From a virus (lineage: Duplodnaviria; Heunggongvirae; Uroviricota; Caudoviricetes), in the IMG/VR virus record IMGVR_UViG_3300039008_000325, positions 49,372 to 113,371 of that record: a DNA stretch of 64,000 bases; one strand, written 5' to 3'. A program made the translations under genes and the position numbers. The notes beneath the pieces were generated by a model. It was given only the letters and a program-made list of their open reading frames with translations, had not been told where the DNA came from and did no database searches. This document shows, piece after piece, positions 9,327 through 17,630 of the stretch; the first letter of the stretch is position 1, and every line of letters starts with the position of its first letter.

Positions 9327-10829
9327 ATGAATAAAAGATATGATAGAATAAATATAGATACGTTATTAGATAATTATATACCTAAAGTTGTTAATGAGCA
9401 ATATCCTTTACTTCGTGCACTATTCAAAAATTATTATGAATGGGCTTCACAAGAAGGTTTTCCTTACTATAACTCAGATAAATTATTAGATAATGCTTTT
9501 ATTGATACAACAATTGATAAATATTTAAGTTATATTTATGATGAACTAATGTCTCAATTCCCTGAAATTGAAAAAGATGAAAGATTTACATTAAAGAATA
9601 TTAGGGATTTATATACATCAAAAGGTATCACAGAATCATTTAAATATTTAAGTAAATTATTATTTAATGAATCATGTACAGTATTCTTACCTGCAGAATA
9701 TCTATTAAAATCATCAAATGGAATATATAAAAAATATTATATATTTAATACATTAGATGAAGTTGATAATTCTATTATAGGTAAAACAGTTTTATATGAA
9801 GGTAACGTTTATATAGTTAATAATATTGTAAATAAAATAAGTAATTTTAGTTATCACGAAATTGAATTAATATTAGATAATACAAAAACACCTCAACAAG
9901 AACTTACATATACTCCATTACAATGTGCAAATAATATTAATATCATTGATTCAGGTTATAATTATATTCCTGGAAATACAATATCATTAGTAGAAAATAA
10001 TACTTTCCTTGCATATATACATGAAGTAGGTAATGGTGAAGTTGATAATCTTACAATTACCAATGGTGGTATAAATTATGAGATTGGTGATGTAATCTTA
10101 TTAAAAAATAGTAATAATCTAGGTACAAGTGCTAAGTTTATAGTTGATGGAGTTGACGGTTCAGGTGCAATTACTTCAATCGAAAAAATATTTTCAGGTA
10201 GTGAATTTGATGAAGTACCTAGTATAGAGATTGTTACAGATAATGGAACATTAGCTACATTTGATATAACTCACAATATTAATCATATCAAAAGAGTTTC
10301 AATTATTAAAACAGGTGTTGATATTCAACCTACTGATACAATTCAAATTAATTCTATTGGAACAGGTGCAGTTTTAACATTTGATGTTGCAAACATTGGT
10401 TTTACAATAGTTTCTGAACAAAAATCAACAACATCTGGTGAATATAAAATACAAGATTCATTTAAGTGGCAAGATTTCTCTTATATATTACAAACAACAA
10501 AAGATTTATCTAAAGTTAATCTAGATAAATTATATAACTATAGAAAATATTTCACTGATATTGTTCACCCCGCTGGTCAAGCTATGTTCAATGAAATTAT
10601 TATTAAAGATAATATATCAATAGAAACAAGTAATAATTTATTATATTCATCAAAGTCAGGTATTTTATTAGAGATATTATTTATACATTCTAAATTAAGT
10701 GAGAATTTCACATTTGATCAAAACTTATATGAATATAAATTTACATTAATTGATGATATTAAAGATTACACATTTGAAGATTTAACAACAGTAGTAAATG
10801 GTTCTACAATACATATAGAGGATCAATAA
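9327..10829 (+). CDS. hypothetical virion structural protein
   Basis: 500 aa, repeated beta-rich segments (ITNGGINYEIGDVILL...); operon member. Confidence 0.45.
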   Translation: MNKRYDRINIDTLLDNYIPKVVNEQYPLLRALFKNYYEWASQEGFPYYNSDKLLDNAFIDTTIDKYLSYIYDELMSQFPEIEKDERFTLKNIRDLYTSKGITESFKYLSKLLFNESCTVFLPAEYLLKSSNGIYKKYYIFNTLDEVDNSIIGKTVLYEGNVYIVNNIVNKISNFSYHEIELILDNTKTPQQELTYTPLQCANNINIIDSGYNYIPGNTISLVENNTFLAYIHEVGNGEVDNLTITNGGINYEIGDVILLKNSNNLGTSAKFIVDGVDGSGAITSIEKIFSGSEFDEVPSIEIVTDNGTLATFDITHNINHIKRVSIIKTGVDIQPTDTIQINSIGTGAVLTFDVANIGFTIVSEQKSTTSGEYKIQDSFKWQDFSYILQTTKDLSKVNLDKLYNYRKYFTDIVHPAGQAMFNEIIIKDNISIETSNNLLYSSKSGILLEILFIHSKLSENFTFDQNLYEYKFTLIDDIKDYTFEDLTTVVNGSTIHIEDQ

Positions 10830-11476
10830 TGAATAATCAAATTAAAAAATATGAAAAATTAGTTGGTAAGGTTTTAAAATCTATAATTAAATTATCTAGA
10901 GATGATAAACCTGTGCAAATTAAATTTGAAAATATTTCAAAACAAGAATACTACATGCTAAAAAATCAAAATGTTGTATCAGAAAAATCAGATATAGCTG
11001 TTATTTCTAAACATTTTCCATTAGTAGCTTATAATCTAGTAGAAGTTAATTATGATACTGTTAGAGCTTTAGCTAAATCGAAAATATTAAGTAATGATAA
11101 TAAATATCAAAAAGATAAAGTTCCTGTAGAATTTATTTATGATATTAATATTGGTACAACATATAGAGAAGATTATGATCAGTTAATTCAACAATTAACA
11201 ATTTTATTTAATCCTTCAATTTTAGTTAATGTAATCATGGATGATGATATTAAAGAAAAAATAACTGTACCATTTGTATTGCAAAATATGACAAGTGAAG
11301 ATTTAATATCTAATGGTGATCTAACAGAATCAAAAGTAATCACTATTAATATGTCACTTAAAGTAAAAGGTTATTTATATCAAGACACAAATGTTCAAAA
11401 TGTTATCGATTGGGCTGAAATTGATTTTTATGCAGATGAAGAATTCGATAGAAGTATTTTAATAGGAGAGAAATAA
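10829..11476 (+). CDS. hypothetical protein
   Basis: TAATG overlap with upstream stop. Confidence 0.45.
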   Translation: MNNQIKKYEKLVGKVLKSIIKLSRDDKPVQIKFENISKQEYYMLKNQNVVSEKSDIAVISKHFPLVAYNLVEVNYDTVRALAKSKILSNDNKYQKDKVPVEFIYDINIGTTYREDYDQLIQQLTILFNPSILVNVIMDDDIKEKITVPFVLQNMTSEDLISNGDLTESKVITINMSLKVKGYLYQDTNVQNVIDWAEIDFYADEEFDRSILIGEK

Positions 11477-11907
11477 TGGATGAAAACATTCACGGAATAA
11501 AAATAGATGAAATTAATGATATAGATTTAACATCTTTACCTGCTGTTGATAAAGTATCAGATGTATTAAATGATATTGCAACATTTGAAGTGCAAGAAGA
11601 TGATGATCAATATATTAGATCATTTATTAATAACACTAATATTATGATGAATTTAGCTATTAAACTATTTAATAAACTAGAAATTTATGAATCTAATGCT
11701 GAATCACCAGAAGAAGTTATTAGACAACAACTATCACTAATAAATGTTATTAAAAATATTAATAATAATATTATTACAATTAAAAAATTATTAATTGAAT
11801 CTAAAAAAGAAAAGAAAGCAAAAGAAGGTAAAAAGATACAAGATACTCCTATCAAAACACAGGATGAAGTAGTATATTTACCACCAACAGAATTGCGTAA
11901 ATTATAG
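11476..11907 (+). CDS. hypothetical protein
   Basis: ATAATG overlap; lysine-rich C-terminus. Confidence 0.45.
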   Translation: MDENIHGIKIDEINDIDLTSLPAVDKVSDVLNDIATFEVQEDDDQYIRSFINNTNIMMNLAIKLFNKLEIYESNAESPEEVIRQQLSLINVIKNINNNIITIKKLLIESKKEKKAKEGKKIQDTPIKTQDEVVYLPPTELRKL

Positions 11908-11915
11908 ATATTGAG

Positions 11916-11935
11916 AATTATAAATAATTATATAA
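11916..11935 (+). promoter_or_regulatory. late promoter cassette
   Basis: exact AATTATAAATAATTATATAA, 27 nt before ATG 11962. Confidence 0.65.
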
Positions 11936-11961
11936 AAAGATAAAATTAAGGACATTTAAAA

Positions 11962-12477
11962 ATGACAAGATCAATAAATGAATATTATAACCAATTGAAT
12001 AGAGGGTTTTCTCCTACACAATATAATGTTGTTATTAATTTACCAGATTATATTGCTAATCGTGTAGAAGCAAATCAAAAGTTTGAATTTTTAGTTAAAA
12101 ATGCTCAAGATCCTGGTGCAACTATTGGTATTACTGAAGCTCACTTCAGAAATAAAACTTTACCTATTCCTGGTGATACAACTTTTGAACCATGGGAAGG
12201 AACTGCATTAGTAGATAGAGATATGGTTATTAGAGAAGCTTTATTAGAATGGATGAAAGCTGTTAATAATTTTGAAAAAACAGGTGGATTGAGTGATATT
12301 AATGATATAACAGCTCCTGTTGTTATTCAATTATTAGATAATAATGATAATATAATTAAAGAAACAACATTAGCTAACGCTTGGTGTTCAACTGTTGGTC
12401 CTATCGATTTAAGTTTTGAATCTAAAGATACATTAGCTGAATTCCCTTTCACAATTCAATATTCACACATAGAATAA
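11962..12477 (+). CDS. tail tube protein (T4 gp19-like)
   Basis: PTQYNVVINLP...KFEFLVKNAQDPGATIG...LPIPGDTTFEPWEGT matches the T4 gp19 pattern PNLFQVEISYLGQNFTFQCKATALPAG...GDRTFDDWTVT. 171 aa. Confidence 0.8.
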   Translation: MTRSINEYYNQLNRGFSPTQYNVVINLPDYIANRVEANQKFEFLVKNAQDPGATIGITEAHFRNKTLPIPGDTTFEPWEGTALVDRDMVIREALLEWMKAVNNFEKTGGLSDINDITAPVVIQLLDNNDNIIKETTLANAWCSTVGPIDLSFESKDTLAEFPFTIQYSHIE

Positions 12478-12486
12478 TATTTTTCA

Positions 12487-12524
12487 AGTAGGTAAAATAT
12501 TATTTATTTTACCTACTGATTTTA
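12487..12524 (+). terminator. intrinsic terminator hairpin
   Basis: AGTAGGTAAAAT-loop-ATTTTACCTACT then GATTTT. Confidence 0.5.
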
Positions 12525-12590
12525 CCTAGTTTTAATAAATAGTATTTTACCTCAATTACAACTGTAATTTGAGCACTTTCTATTCTCAAT

Positions 12591-12610
12591 AATTATAAAT
12601 AATTATATAA
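12591..12610 (+). promoter_or_regulatory. late promoter cassette
   Basis: exact 20-nt consensus, 28 nt before ATG 12638. Confidence 0.65.
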
Positions 12611-12637
12611 ATAAACAAATAATAAAGGAAAATAATT

Positions 12638-14656
12638 ATGCCAAAATATCAAAGTGCTGGAGTTTACGTAAGAGAGATAGACCAAAGTTCATTCGTTGAA
12701 ACAAGTGGTGGTTCTTATGTAGGTGGTGTTATTAAATCAGCTTGGGGACCGGTTGATGACATAGTATTGTTAGGTAGTATTAATGACTACGCAACAGTAT
12801 TTGGTACACCAGATCTATATGAAAGTAAATATTTTTACGCAAGTAAATCTATTTTAAGTGGAACAAATTTATACAACATCGTAAGAGTTGTTGATGAAAA
12901 TGCAAAAAATGCTACAACTAAACAAAATTATAGCTACACTGTAGATTTAACTACTGTAGTTGGTACGTTTGAAGTTGGTGAAACTGTATCAGGTGGAACG
13001 TCTGGGGCAACAGGTGTAATCGTAAGTATCGATGGTGATACATTATCATTACAAGAAGTTGTTGGTAGATTTGTTGATACAGAAACCGTAACAGGTGGTA
13101 CATCAGCAGCTACAGGTGACGTATCTGGTCAACCTTCATTCGATTATCAAATATTTATATCAAATATTGTTGGTGATTATGAAGTTGGTGAAACTGTAAC
13201 AGGTGGTACATCAGGATCAACTGGAGAATTAATTGAATTATTAAAAGAAGATGATAAAGATTACATGGTACTTAGAAGTGAAGGCATCTTCCAAGTAGGT
13301 GAAGTATTAACTGGTGGTACATCAGCAGCTACTTCTACATCTGATTCAGTAACACAAATTAACTTCTTTAATGCTGGTATCTTAATTAAAAATAATACAG
13401 ATTTTGAAAAACTTGCTTCAAAACCATTTAAATTTATTGCAGCTTATCCAGGTGAAATTGGAAATAATATTGGTTTATCAATATGTGATAAAGATTCATA
13501 CGCTAACTGGTCATATTCAGATTTATTTGATACTGCTCCAGACGAAGGTGAATTTCATATAGTTGTTATTGATACTGTTGGTAATTTTTATAATTCTCAA
13601 AAAGATAACGTTTTAGAAACGTTTGCATATGTAACTAAAACACCAGGTTCAATTGATGAACAAGGTCAAGTATCTTATTATAAAGAAGTATTAAATACAC
13701 AATCTGCTTATGTTTATGCAGGTGATATTGATTTTGAATCAACTGACTTTAATACATTAATCAATCTATTTAAAGGTTATAATGACAACTTAGCAATCGC
13801 AGATGGTACTATTGTTAATGGATATAGCTTATTAGCTGATGTTGATAGAGTTAGATTAGATTATGTTAGTATGATGGATTATAATACAACAATTACTAAT
13901 TCAGTAATCGCTAACGTTGCTGAAGTTAGAAAAGATTGTATAGTATTTGCTTCTCCTGAATTAAGTGATGTACAAGCTGCAGATCCTAAAACAGATGTTA
14001 AAACTTGGGGTGATTCAGTTACATATTCATCATATGTGTTCTTAACTTCAAACTGGTTATATGTATTAGATACATTTAATAATACAAATGTATGGGTACC
14101 TGATAATGGTGAAATTATTAGAGGTAGATGTGCTGTAGATACTAATCAAGAAGTTTGGTATTCACAAATGGGATACACAAAAGGTATTTTACAAAACGTA
14201 ATTCAAACTGCTTGGAATCCAGATAAAACCGCTAGAGATCTTTTAACACAAGCAAGTATTAACCCTGTATTTACAGAAATTGGAACAGGTACATTATTAC
14301 TTGGTGATAGAACTCACTTATCTAGAGCTAGTTATTTAAGACAACAAGGTGTTAGAAATATGTTTAATAGTATTGAAACATCTATTAGTCAATTTGCTAA
14401 ATCAATTATCGGTGAATTCAACAATGAAAGAACTAGATTAGAATTTACATTAAAAGTAACTAAGTTTATGAATGAACTATTATCTAGAGAAGCTTTTAGA
14501 GACTTTAGAGTAATTTGTGATTCATCTAATAATACTGAACAAGTAATTGCTGAACAAGGTTTTGTAGCCTTAGTTAAAGTGTTACCTAATTCAAGTGTTA
14601 ACTGGGTTGAACTTACTTTTACACCAGTTGCATTTTCTAGTCAACTAGATAGTTAA
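12638..14656 (+). CDS. tail sheath protein (T4 gp18-like)
   Basis: N-terminal SAGVYVREIDQSS matches the sheath hallmark PGVYVxExD. 672 aa against 659 aa for T4 gp18. Carries four GETVTGGTSGATG-type insertion repeats. Confidence 0.88.
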   Translation: MPKYQSAGVYVREIDQSSFVETSGGSYVGGVIKSAWGPVDDIVLLGSINDYATVFGTPDLYESKYFYASKSILSGTNLYNIVRVVDENAKNATTKQNYSYTVDLTTVVGTFEVGETVSGGTSGATGVIVSIDGDTLSLQEVVGRFVDTETVTGGTSAATGDVSGQPSFDYQIFISNIVGDYEVGETVTGGTSGSTGELIELLKEDDKDYMVLRSEGIFQVGEVLTGGTSAATSTSDSVTQINFFNAGILIKNNTDFEKLASKPFKFIAAYPGEIGNNIGLSICDKDSYANWSYSDLFDTAPDEGEFHIVVIDTVGNFYNSQKDNVLETFAYVTKTPGSIDEQGQVSYYKEVLNTQSAYVYAGDIDFESTDFNTLINLFKGYNDNLAIADGTIVNGYSLLADVDRVRLDYVSMMDYNTTITNSVIANVAEVRKDCIVFASPELSDVQAADPKTDVKTWGDSVTYSSYVFLTSNWLYVLDTFNNTNVWVPDNGEIIRGRCAVDTNQEVWYSQMGYTKGILQNVIQTAWNPDKTARDLLTQASINPVFTEIGTGTLLLGDRTHLSRASYLRQQGVRNMFNSIETSISQFAKSIIGEFNNERTRLEFTLKVTKFMNELLSREAFRDFRVICDSSNNTEQVIAEQGFVALVKVLPNSSVNWVELTFTPVAFSSQLDS

Positions 14657-14680
14657 TATATAAATTATATTAGTAATTTA

Positions 14681-14711
14681 AGAGCTATATAATTTTATAT
14701 AGCTCTTTTTA
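14681..14711 (+). terminator. intrinsic terminator
   Basis: AGAGCTATAT-AATTTT-ATATAGCTCT followed by TTTTTATTT. Confidence 0.7.
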
Positions 14712-14741
14712 TTTGATTTATTACTAAAAATAAGGTATAAT

Positions 14742-14761
14742 AATTATAAATAACTATATAA
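14742..14761 (+). promoter_or_regulatory. late promoter cassette (1 mismatch)
   Basis: AATTATAAATAACTATATAA. Confidence 0.55.
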
Positions 14762-14785
14762 TATAGTAACAAAAGGTTAGGAAAA

Positions 14786-15034
14786 ATGGATAAAATATTA
14801 GAGAAAAAAGCACCAACAAAAAATCATAGATATAAAGATCACTTAGTTAGTTATGATGGTGGATTATATTCAGTTTATAATTTAAGTCAAACACAAGTAA
14901 TATTAGAAACAGATAATTATGATAGAGTTATAAAATTTATTGATAAATTAGATAAAGATATTCAAAAGAAAAAGAAAAAATCTATGAAAGAAGATAATGA
15001 TATATTAGAAAGAATGAAATCATTTCTAAACTAA
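14786..15034 (+). CDS. hypothetical protein
   Basis: 82 aa, GGTTAGGAAAAATG SD. Confidence 0.4.
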   Translation: MDKILEKKAPTKNHRYKDHLVSYDGGLYSVYNLSQTQVILETDNYDRVIKFIDKLDKDIQKKKKKSMKEDNDILERMKSFLN

Positions 15035-15082
15035 TATTGAAAATAATAATTAAATAAATATATTAATGTTATTAAAAGATGA

Positions 15083-15159
15083 CGCGGGATAGAGCAGTCG
15101 GGTAGCTCAACAGGCTCATAACCTGTAGGTCGCTGGTTCAAATCCAGCTCCCGCAACCA
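15083..15159 (+). tRNA. tRNA-Met (CAU), initiator-like
   Basis: cloverleaf with anticodon loop CTCATAA and acceptor C1:A72 mismatch (bacterial initiator hallmark). Confidence 0.75.
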
Positions 15160-15214
15160 AAAGATAGTTGATTTCATTTTTAAAAGTTATATAATATAAT
15201 TATAGAGGAAATTA

Positions 15215-15267
15215 CTATTAACCTTTTATAAATAATTATACAGTAACTATTTATAAAAGGTTAATAG
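15215..15267 (+). promoter_or_regulatory. perfect 20-bp inverted repeat hairpin containing a late -10 box and sequestering the SD of the downstream HNH gene
   Basis: left arm CTATTAACCTTTTATAAATA (15215-15234), right arm TATTTATAAAAGGTTAATAG (15248-15267). TATAAATA at 15227-15234. AAGG SD lies in the right arm, ATG at 15268. Confidence 0.6.
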
Positions 15268-15942
15268 ATGAATTATAAAAGAATTTACAATGAAATCATA
15301 GAAAATAGAATAAATAATCCATTTAAAGGTTATACAGAAACACATCATATTTTACCTAGATCATTAGGTGGATCAGATGAAAAAGAAAATTTAGTTAAAT
15401 TGAGTGCTAGAGAACATTTCATATGTCACTTACTTTTAACTAAAATACATAAAGATGATACTATTGAACATTATAAGATGTTAAATGCATTTATTATGAT
15501 GAAAATGAATAGTAATACACAAGATAGATATTTTAATAGTTATTTATATGAAAAAATAAGAATAAAATACTCTAAAATGCAAAGTAAAAAACAATCTGGT
15601 AAAGGTAATAACCAGTATGGTAAAATGTGGATTACAAATGGAAAAGATAATAAATTAATTTATAGAGATAATTCAATACCGGTTGGTTGGAAAAAAGGTC
15701 GTAAATTAAAATCACCTAAAACAGATGCTCTAAATGAAAAATTTAGGAAAAGAAAACAAAAAACAGCATCTAAAAAATTACAAACAACTTTAATGTATGA
15801 AGAATATTATAAAATTTATTGTGAATATGGTTGGGAAAAATTTAAAGAAATAACCGATTATAAATTTTCTCAACAAAATTTAGTAATGCAGTTTAAACAT
15901 CGTGTTAAAGATTACACATCACAACGCGGTAGAAAAAGATAG
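15268..15942 (+). CDS. HNH homing endonuclease
   Basis: TETHHILPRSLGGSDEKENLVKLSAREHFICH His-Me finger; paralogue of 18388 (both begin MNYKR(I/L)YNEIIENR). Confidence 0.85.
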   Translation: MNYKRIYNEIIENRINNPFKGYTETHHILPRSLGGSDEKENLVKLSAREHFICHLLLTKIHKDDTIEHYKMLNAFIMMKMNSNTQDRYFNSYLYEKIRIKYSKMQSKKQSGKGNNQYGKMWITNGKDNKLIYRDNSIPVGWKKGRKLKSPKTDALNEKFRKRKQKTASKKLQTTLMYEEYYKIYCEYGWEKFKEITDYKFSQQNLVMQFKHRVKDYTSQRGRKR

Positions 15943-15943
15943 A

Positions 15944-16017
15944 GGGTTCATAATTCAATGGTAGAATAACCGACTTTTAATCGGTTTACCTAAGTTCGAT
16001 TCTTAGTGAACCCACCA
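15944..16017 (+). tRNA. tRNA-Lys (UUU)
   Basis: acceptor GGGTTCA/TGAACCC, anticodon stem ACCGA/TCGGT, loop CTTTTAA; starts 2 nt after the HNH stop. Confidence 0.75.
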
Positions 16018-16030
16018 AATATTTAATTGT

Positions 16031-16107
16031 ATACCTGTAGTTCAGATGGATAGAACAACAGATTTCTAATCTGTAGGTCATAGGTTCGAGTCCTATCAGG
16101 TATGCCA
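16031..16107 (+). tRNA. tRNA-Arg (UCU)
   Basis: acceptor ATACCTG/CAGGTAT, anticodon loop TTTCTAA, T-arm ATAGG-TTCGAGT-CCTAT. Confidence 0.8.
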
Positions 16108-16117
16108 GTTTTAAGAT

Positions 16118-16194
16118 GGTGTTTGTAGCTCAATTGGTAGAGTGTTTCCTTGTGATGGAAGATGTTGCGAGTTCGAGTCTCGTCAAACACCCCA
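16118..16194 (+). tRNA. tRNA-His (GUG)
   Basis: extra G-1, acceptor GTGTTTG/CAAACAC, discriminator C, loop TTGTGAT. Confidence 0.8.
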
Positions 16195-16205
16195 TTTTAA
16201 TTTGA

Positions 16206-16244
16206 GGACTTGTAGCTCAGGTGGTTAGAGCACTAGACTGATTT
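16206..16244 (+). pseudogene. 5' tRNA fragment (acceptor + D-arm + half anticodon arm, loop CTGATTT), truncated at promoter cassette
   Basis: GGACTTG-TA-GCTC-AGGTGGTTA-GAGC then breaks inside anticodon loop where AATTATAAATAATTATATAA begins. D-arm nearly identical to tRNA-Ile at 20688. Confidence 0.55.
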
Positions 16245-16247
16245 TAA

Positions 16248-16267
16248 AATTATAAATAATTATATAA
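16248..16267 (+). promoter_or_regulatory. late promoter cassette
   Basis: exact consensus; followed by AAGGAATATAATTATG leader shared with genes at 38941 and 53518. Confidence 0.65.
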
Positions 16268-16282
16268 TAAAGGAATATAATT

Positions 16283-16990
16283 ATGAATAATATAAAAATT
16301 GATGAATCTTGGAAACAAGAAAGTGGTAAATATAAATGCCCATATTGTGATAAGGAATATACTAAAAAAGGTATATGTACACATATATGGAGAAAACATA
16401 CAGAAGAAGGTTTAAATTTTACTAAATTACACGATCCAAATAAAGGTTTTAAAGATGGTACTAGAAAAGCTTGGAATAAAGGTTTAACTAAAGAAACTGA
16501 CACAAGGTTAGAAGAAAAAAGTATTAAGTTGCGAGAAAAATTTAATAGTGGTGAATTAGAGGGTTATTGGAAAAATAAAAAACATTCTAACTCTACAATA
16601 ATAAAGATGAAAAATAATAAAAATTGTGGAGGATATAGAAAAGGGTCAGGTAGAGGTAAATCTGGCTGGTATAAAAATTATTATTGTGATAGTAGTTGGG
16701 AATTAGCTTTTGTAATTTATAATTTAGAAAACAATATAAAATTTGAAAGAAATACTAAAAAATTTAGTTATATATTTAATAGAAAAAAACATGATTATAT
16801 GCCGGATTTTATTATCAATAACGAATATATAGAAATAAAAGGTTACATAACTGAACAATGGAAAGCTAAAAAAGAACAATTTCCACATAAGTTAAAAACA
16901 TTATATCAAAAAGATATACAAAAATATTTAGATTATGTGATTAATAAATATGGAAAAGATTTTATTAAATTATACGGCTCTCTAGCTTAG
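16283..16990 (+). CDS. putative homing endonuclease: N-terminal C2H2-like zinc finger, NUMOD3-like repeats, C-terminal PD-(D/E)xK-like domain
   Basis: CPYCDKEYTKKGICTHIWRKH; WNKGLTKETD and KHSNSTIIKM NUMOD3-like; C-terminal H.Y.PDF...IEIKG; last codons overlap tRNA-Phe. Confidence 0.5.
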   Translation: MNNIKIDESWKQESGKYKCPYCDKEYTKKGICTHIWRKHTEEGLNFTKLHDPNKGFKDGTRKAWNKGLTKETDTRLEEKSIKLREKFNSGELEGYWKNKKHSNSTIIKMKNNKNCGGYRKGSGRGKSGWYKNYYCDSSWELAFVIYNLENNIKFERNTKKFSYIFNRKKHDYMPDFIINNEYIEIKGYITEQWKAKKEQFPHKLKTLYQKDIQKYLDYVINKYGKDFIKLYGSLA

Positions 16991-17051
16991 TTGGTCTGAG
17001 CGCTCGATTGAAGCTCGAGAGGTTCTGGTTCGAATCCAGGGGGAGCCACCA
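16976..17051 (+). tRNA. tRNA-Phe (GAA)
   Basis: acceptor GGCTCTC/GGGAGCC, anticodon stem CTCGA/TCGAG, loop TTGAAGC. Confidence 0.75.
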
Positions 17052-17052
17052 A

Positions 17053-17355
17053 ATGAAAATAAAAAAATTAATACTAATATTATTCCTACTAATTAGTAAT
17101 ACGACATACGCAAGTAATTTCATATCAGATAAAGATAATAAAGTAGTAGGTGTTAAAACAGATACAATTAGGTTAGATAAAAGATTATTATATAGAGCAG
17201 AATACAACCATATGAAAGAACGTACACAAACGAGTGCTGCTTACGAGATTAATAAAAATAATTACATAATAATATACTTAATACATAGTAAAGAGAACAA
17301 TATGTTTGAAGAATTTGATGATACTATTAAGATTAGGTATAAATATAAATTTTAG
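17053..17355 (+). CDS. small secreted protein (signal peptide MKIKKLILILFLLISNTTYA)
   Basis: ORF-track call starts inside tRNA-Phe. The in-frame ATG at 17053 gives a canonical signal peptide and uses GGGGGAG of the tRNA 3' end as SD. Confidence 0.45.
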   Translation: MKIKKLILILFLLISNTTYASNFISDKDNKVVGVKTDTIRLDKRLLYRAEYNHMKERTQTSAAYEINKNNYIIIYLIHSKENNMFEEFDDTIKIRYKYKF

Positions 17356-17431
17356 GGGATGTAGCTCAGTTGATTAGAGCACTGCACTGTCACTGCAGAG
17401 GTCGCCGGTTTGAGCCCGGTCATTCCCGCCA
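17355..17431 (+). tRNA. tRNA-Asp (GUC)
   Basis: 77 nt, anticodon stem CTGCA/TGCAG, loop CTGTCAC. Confidence 0.8.
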
Positions 17432-17437
17432 GTTTAA

Positions 17438-17514
17438 GTAGGGGTAGTAGCAATTGGTTAAAACAGTTGACTCCAAATCTTCAGTTCTAGGTTCGAGTCC
17501 TAGCCCCTATGCCA
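17438..17514 (+). tRNA. tRNA-like gene with canonical acceptor and T-arm but non-canonical D/anticodon arms (identity unresolved)
   Basis: 77 nt; acceptor GTAGGGG/CCCCTAT, T-arm CTAGG-TTCGAGT-CCTAG, CCA encoded; no 5-bp anticodon stem could be drawn by hand. Confidence 0.4.
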
Positions 17515-17521
17515 AGATAAT

Positions 17522-17598
17522 GTATCTGTAGCTCAATTGGATAGAGCACTTGGCTACGAACTAAGAGGTTGTGGGTTCGAGTCCTACCAGGTATGCCA
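17522..17598 (+). tRNA. tRNA-Arg (ACG)
   Basis: anticodon stem CTTGG/CTAAG (2 GU), loop CTACGAA, T-arm GTGGG-TTCGAGT-CCTAC. Confidence 0.75.
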
Positions 17599-17630
17599 GT
17601 TAATATAAAACATTTGAAAAGGGAGATAAA

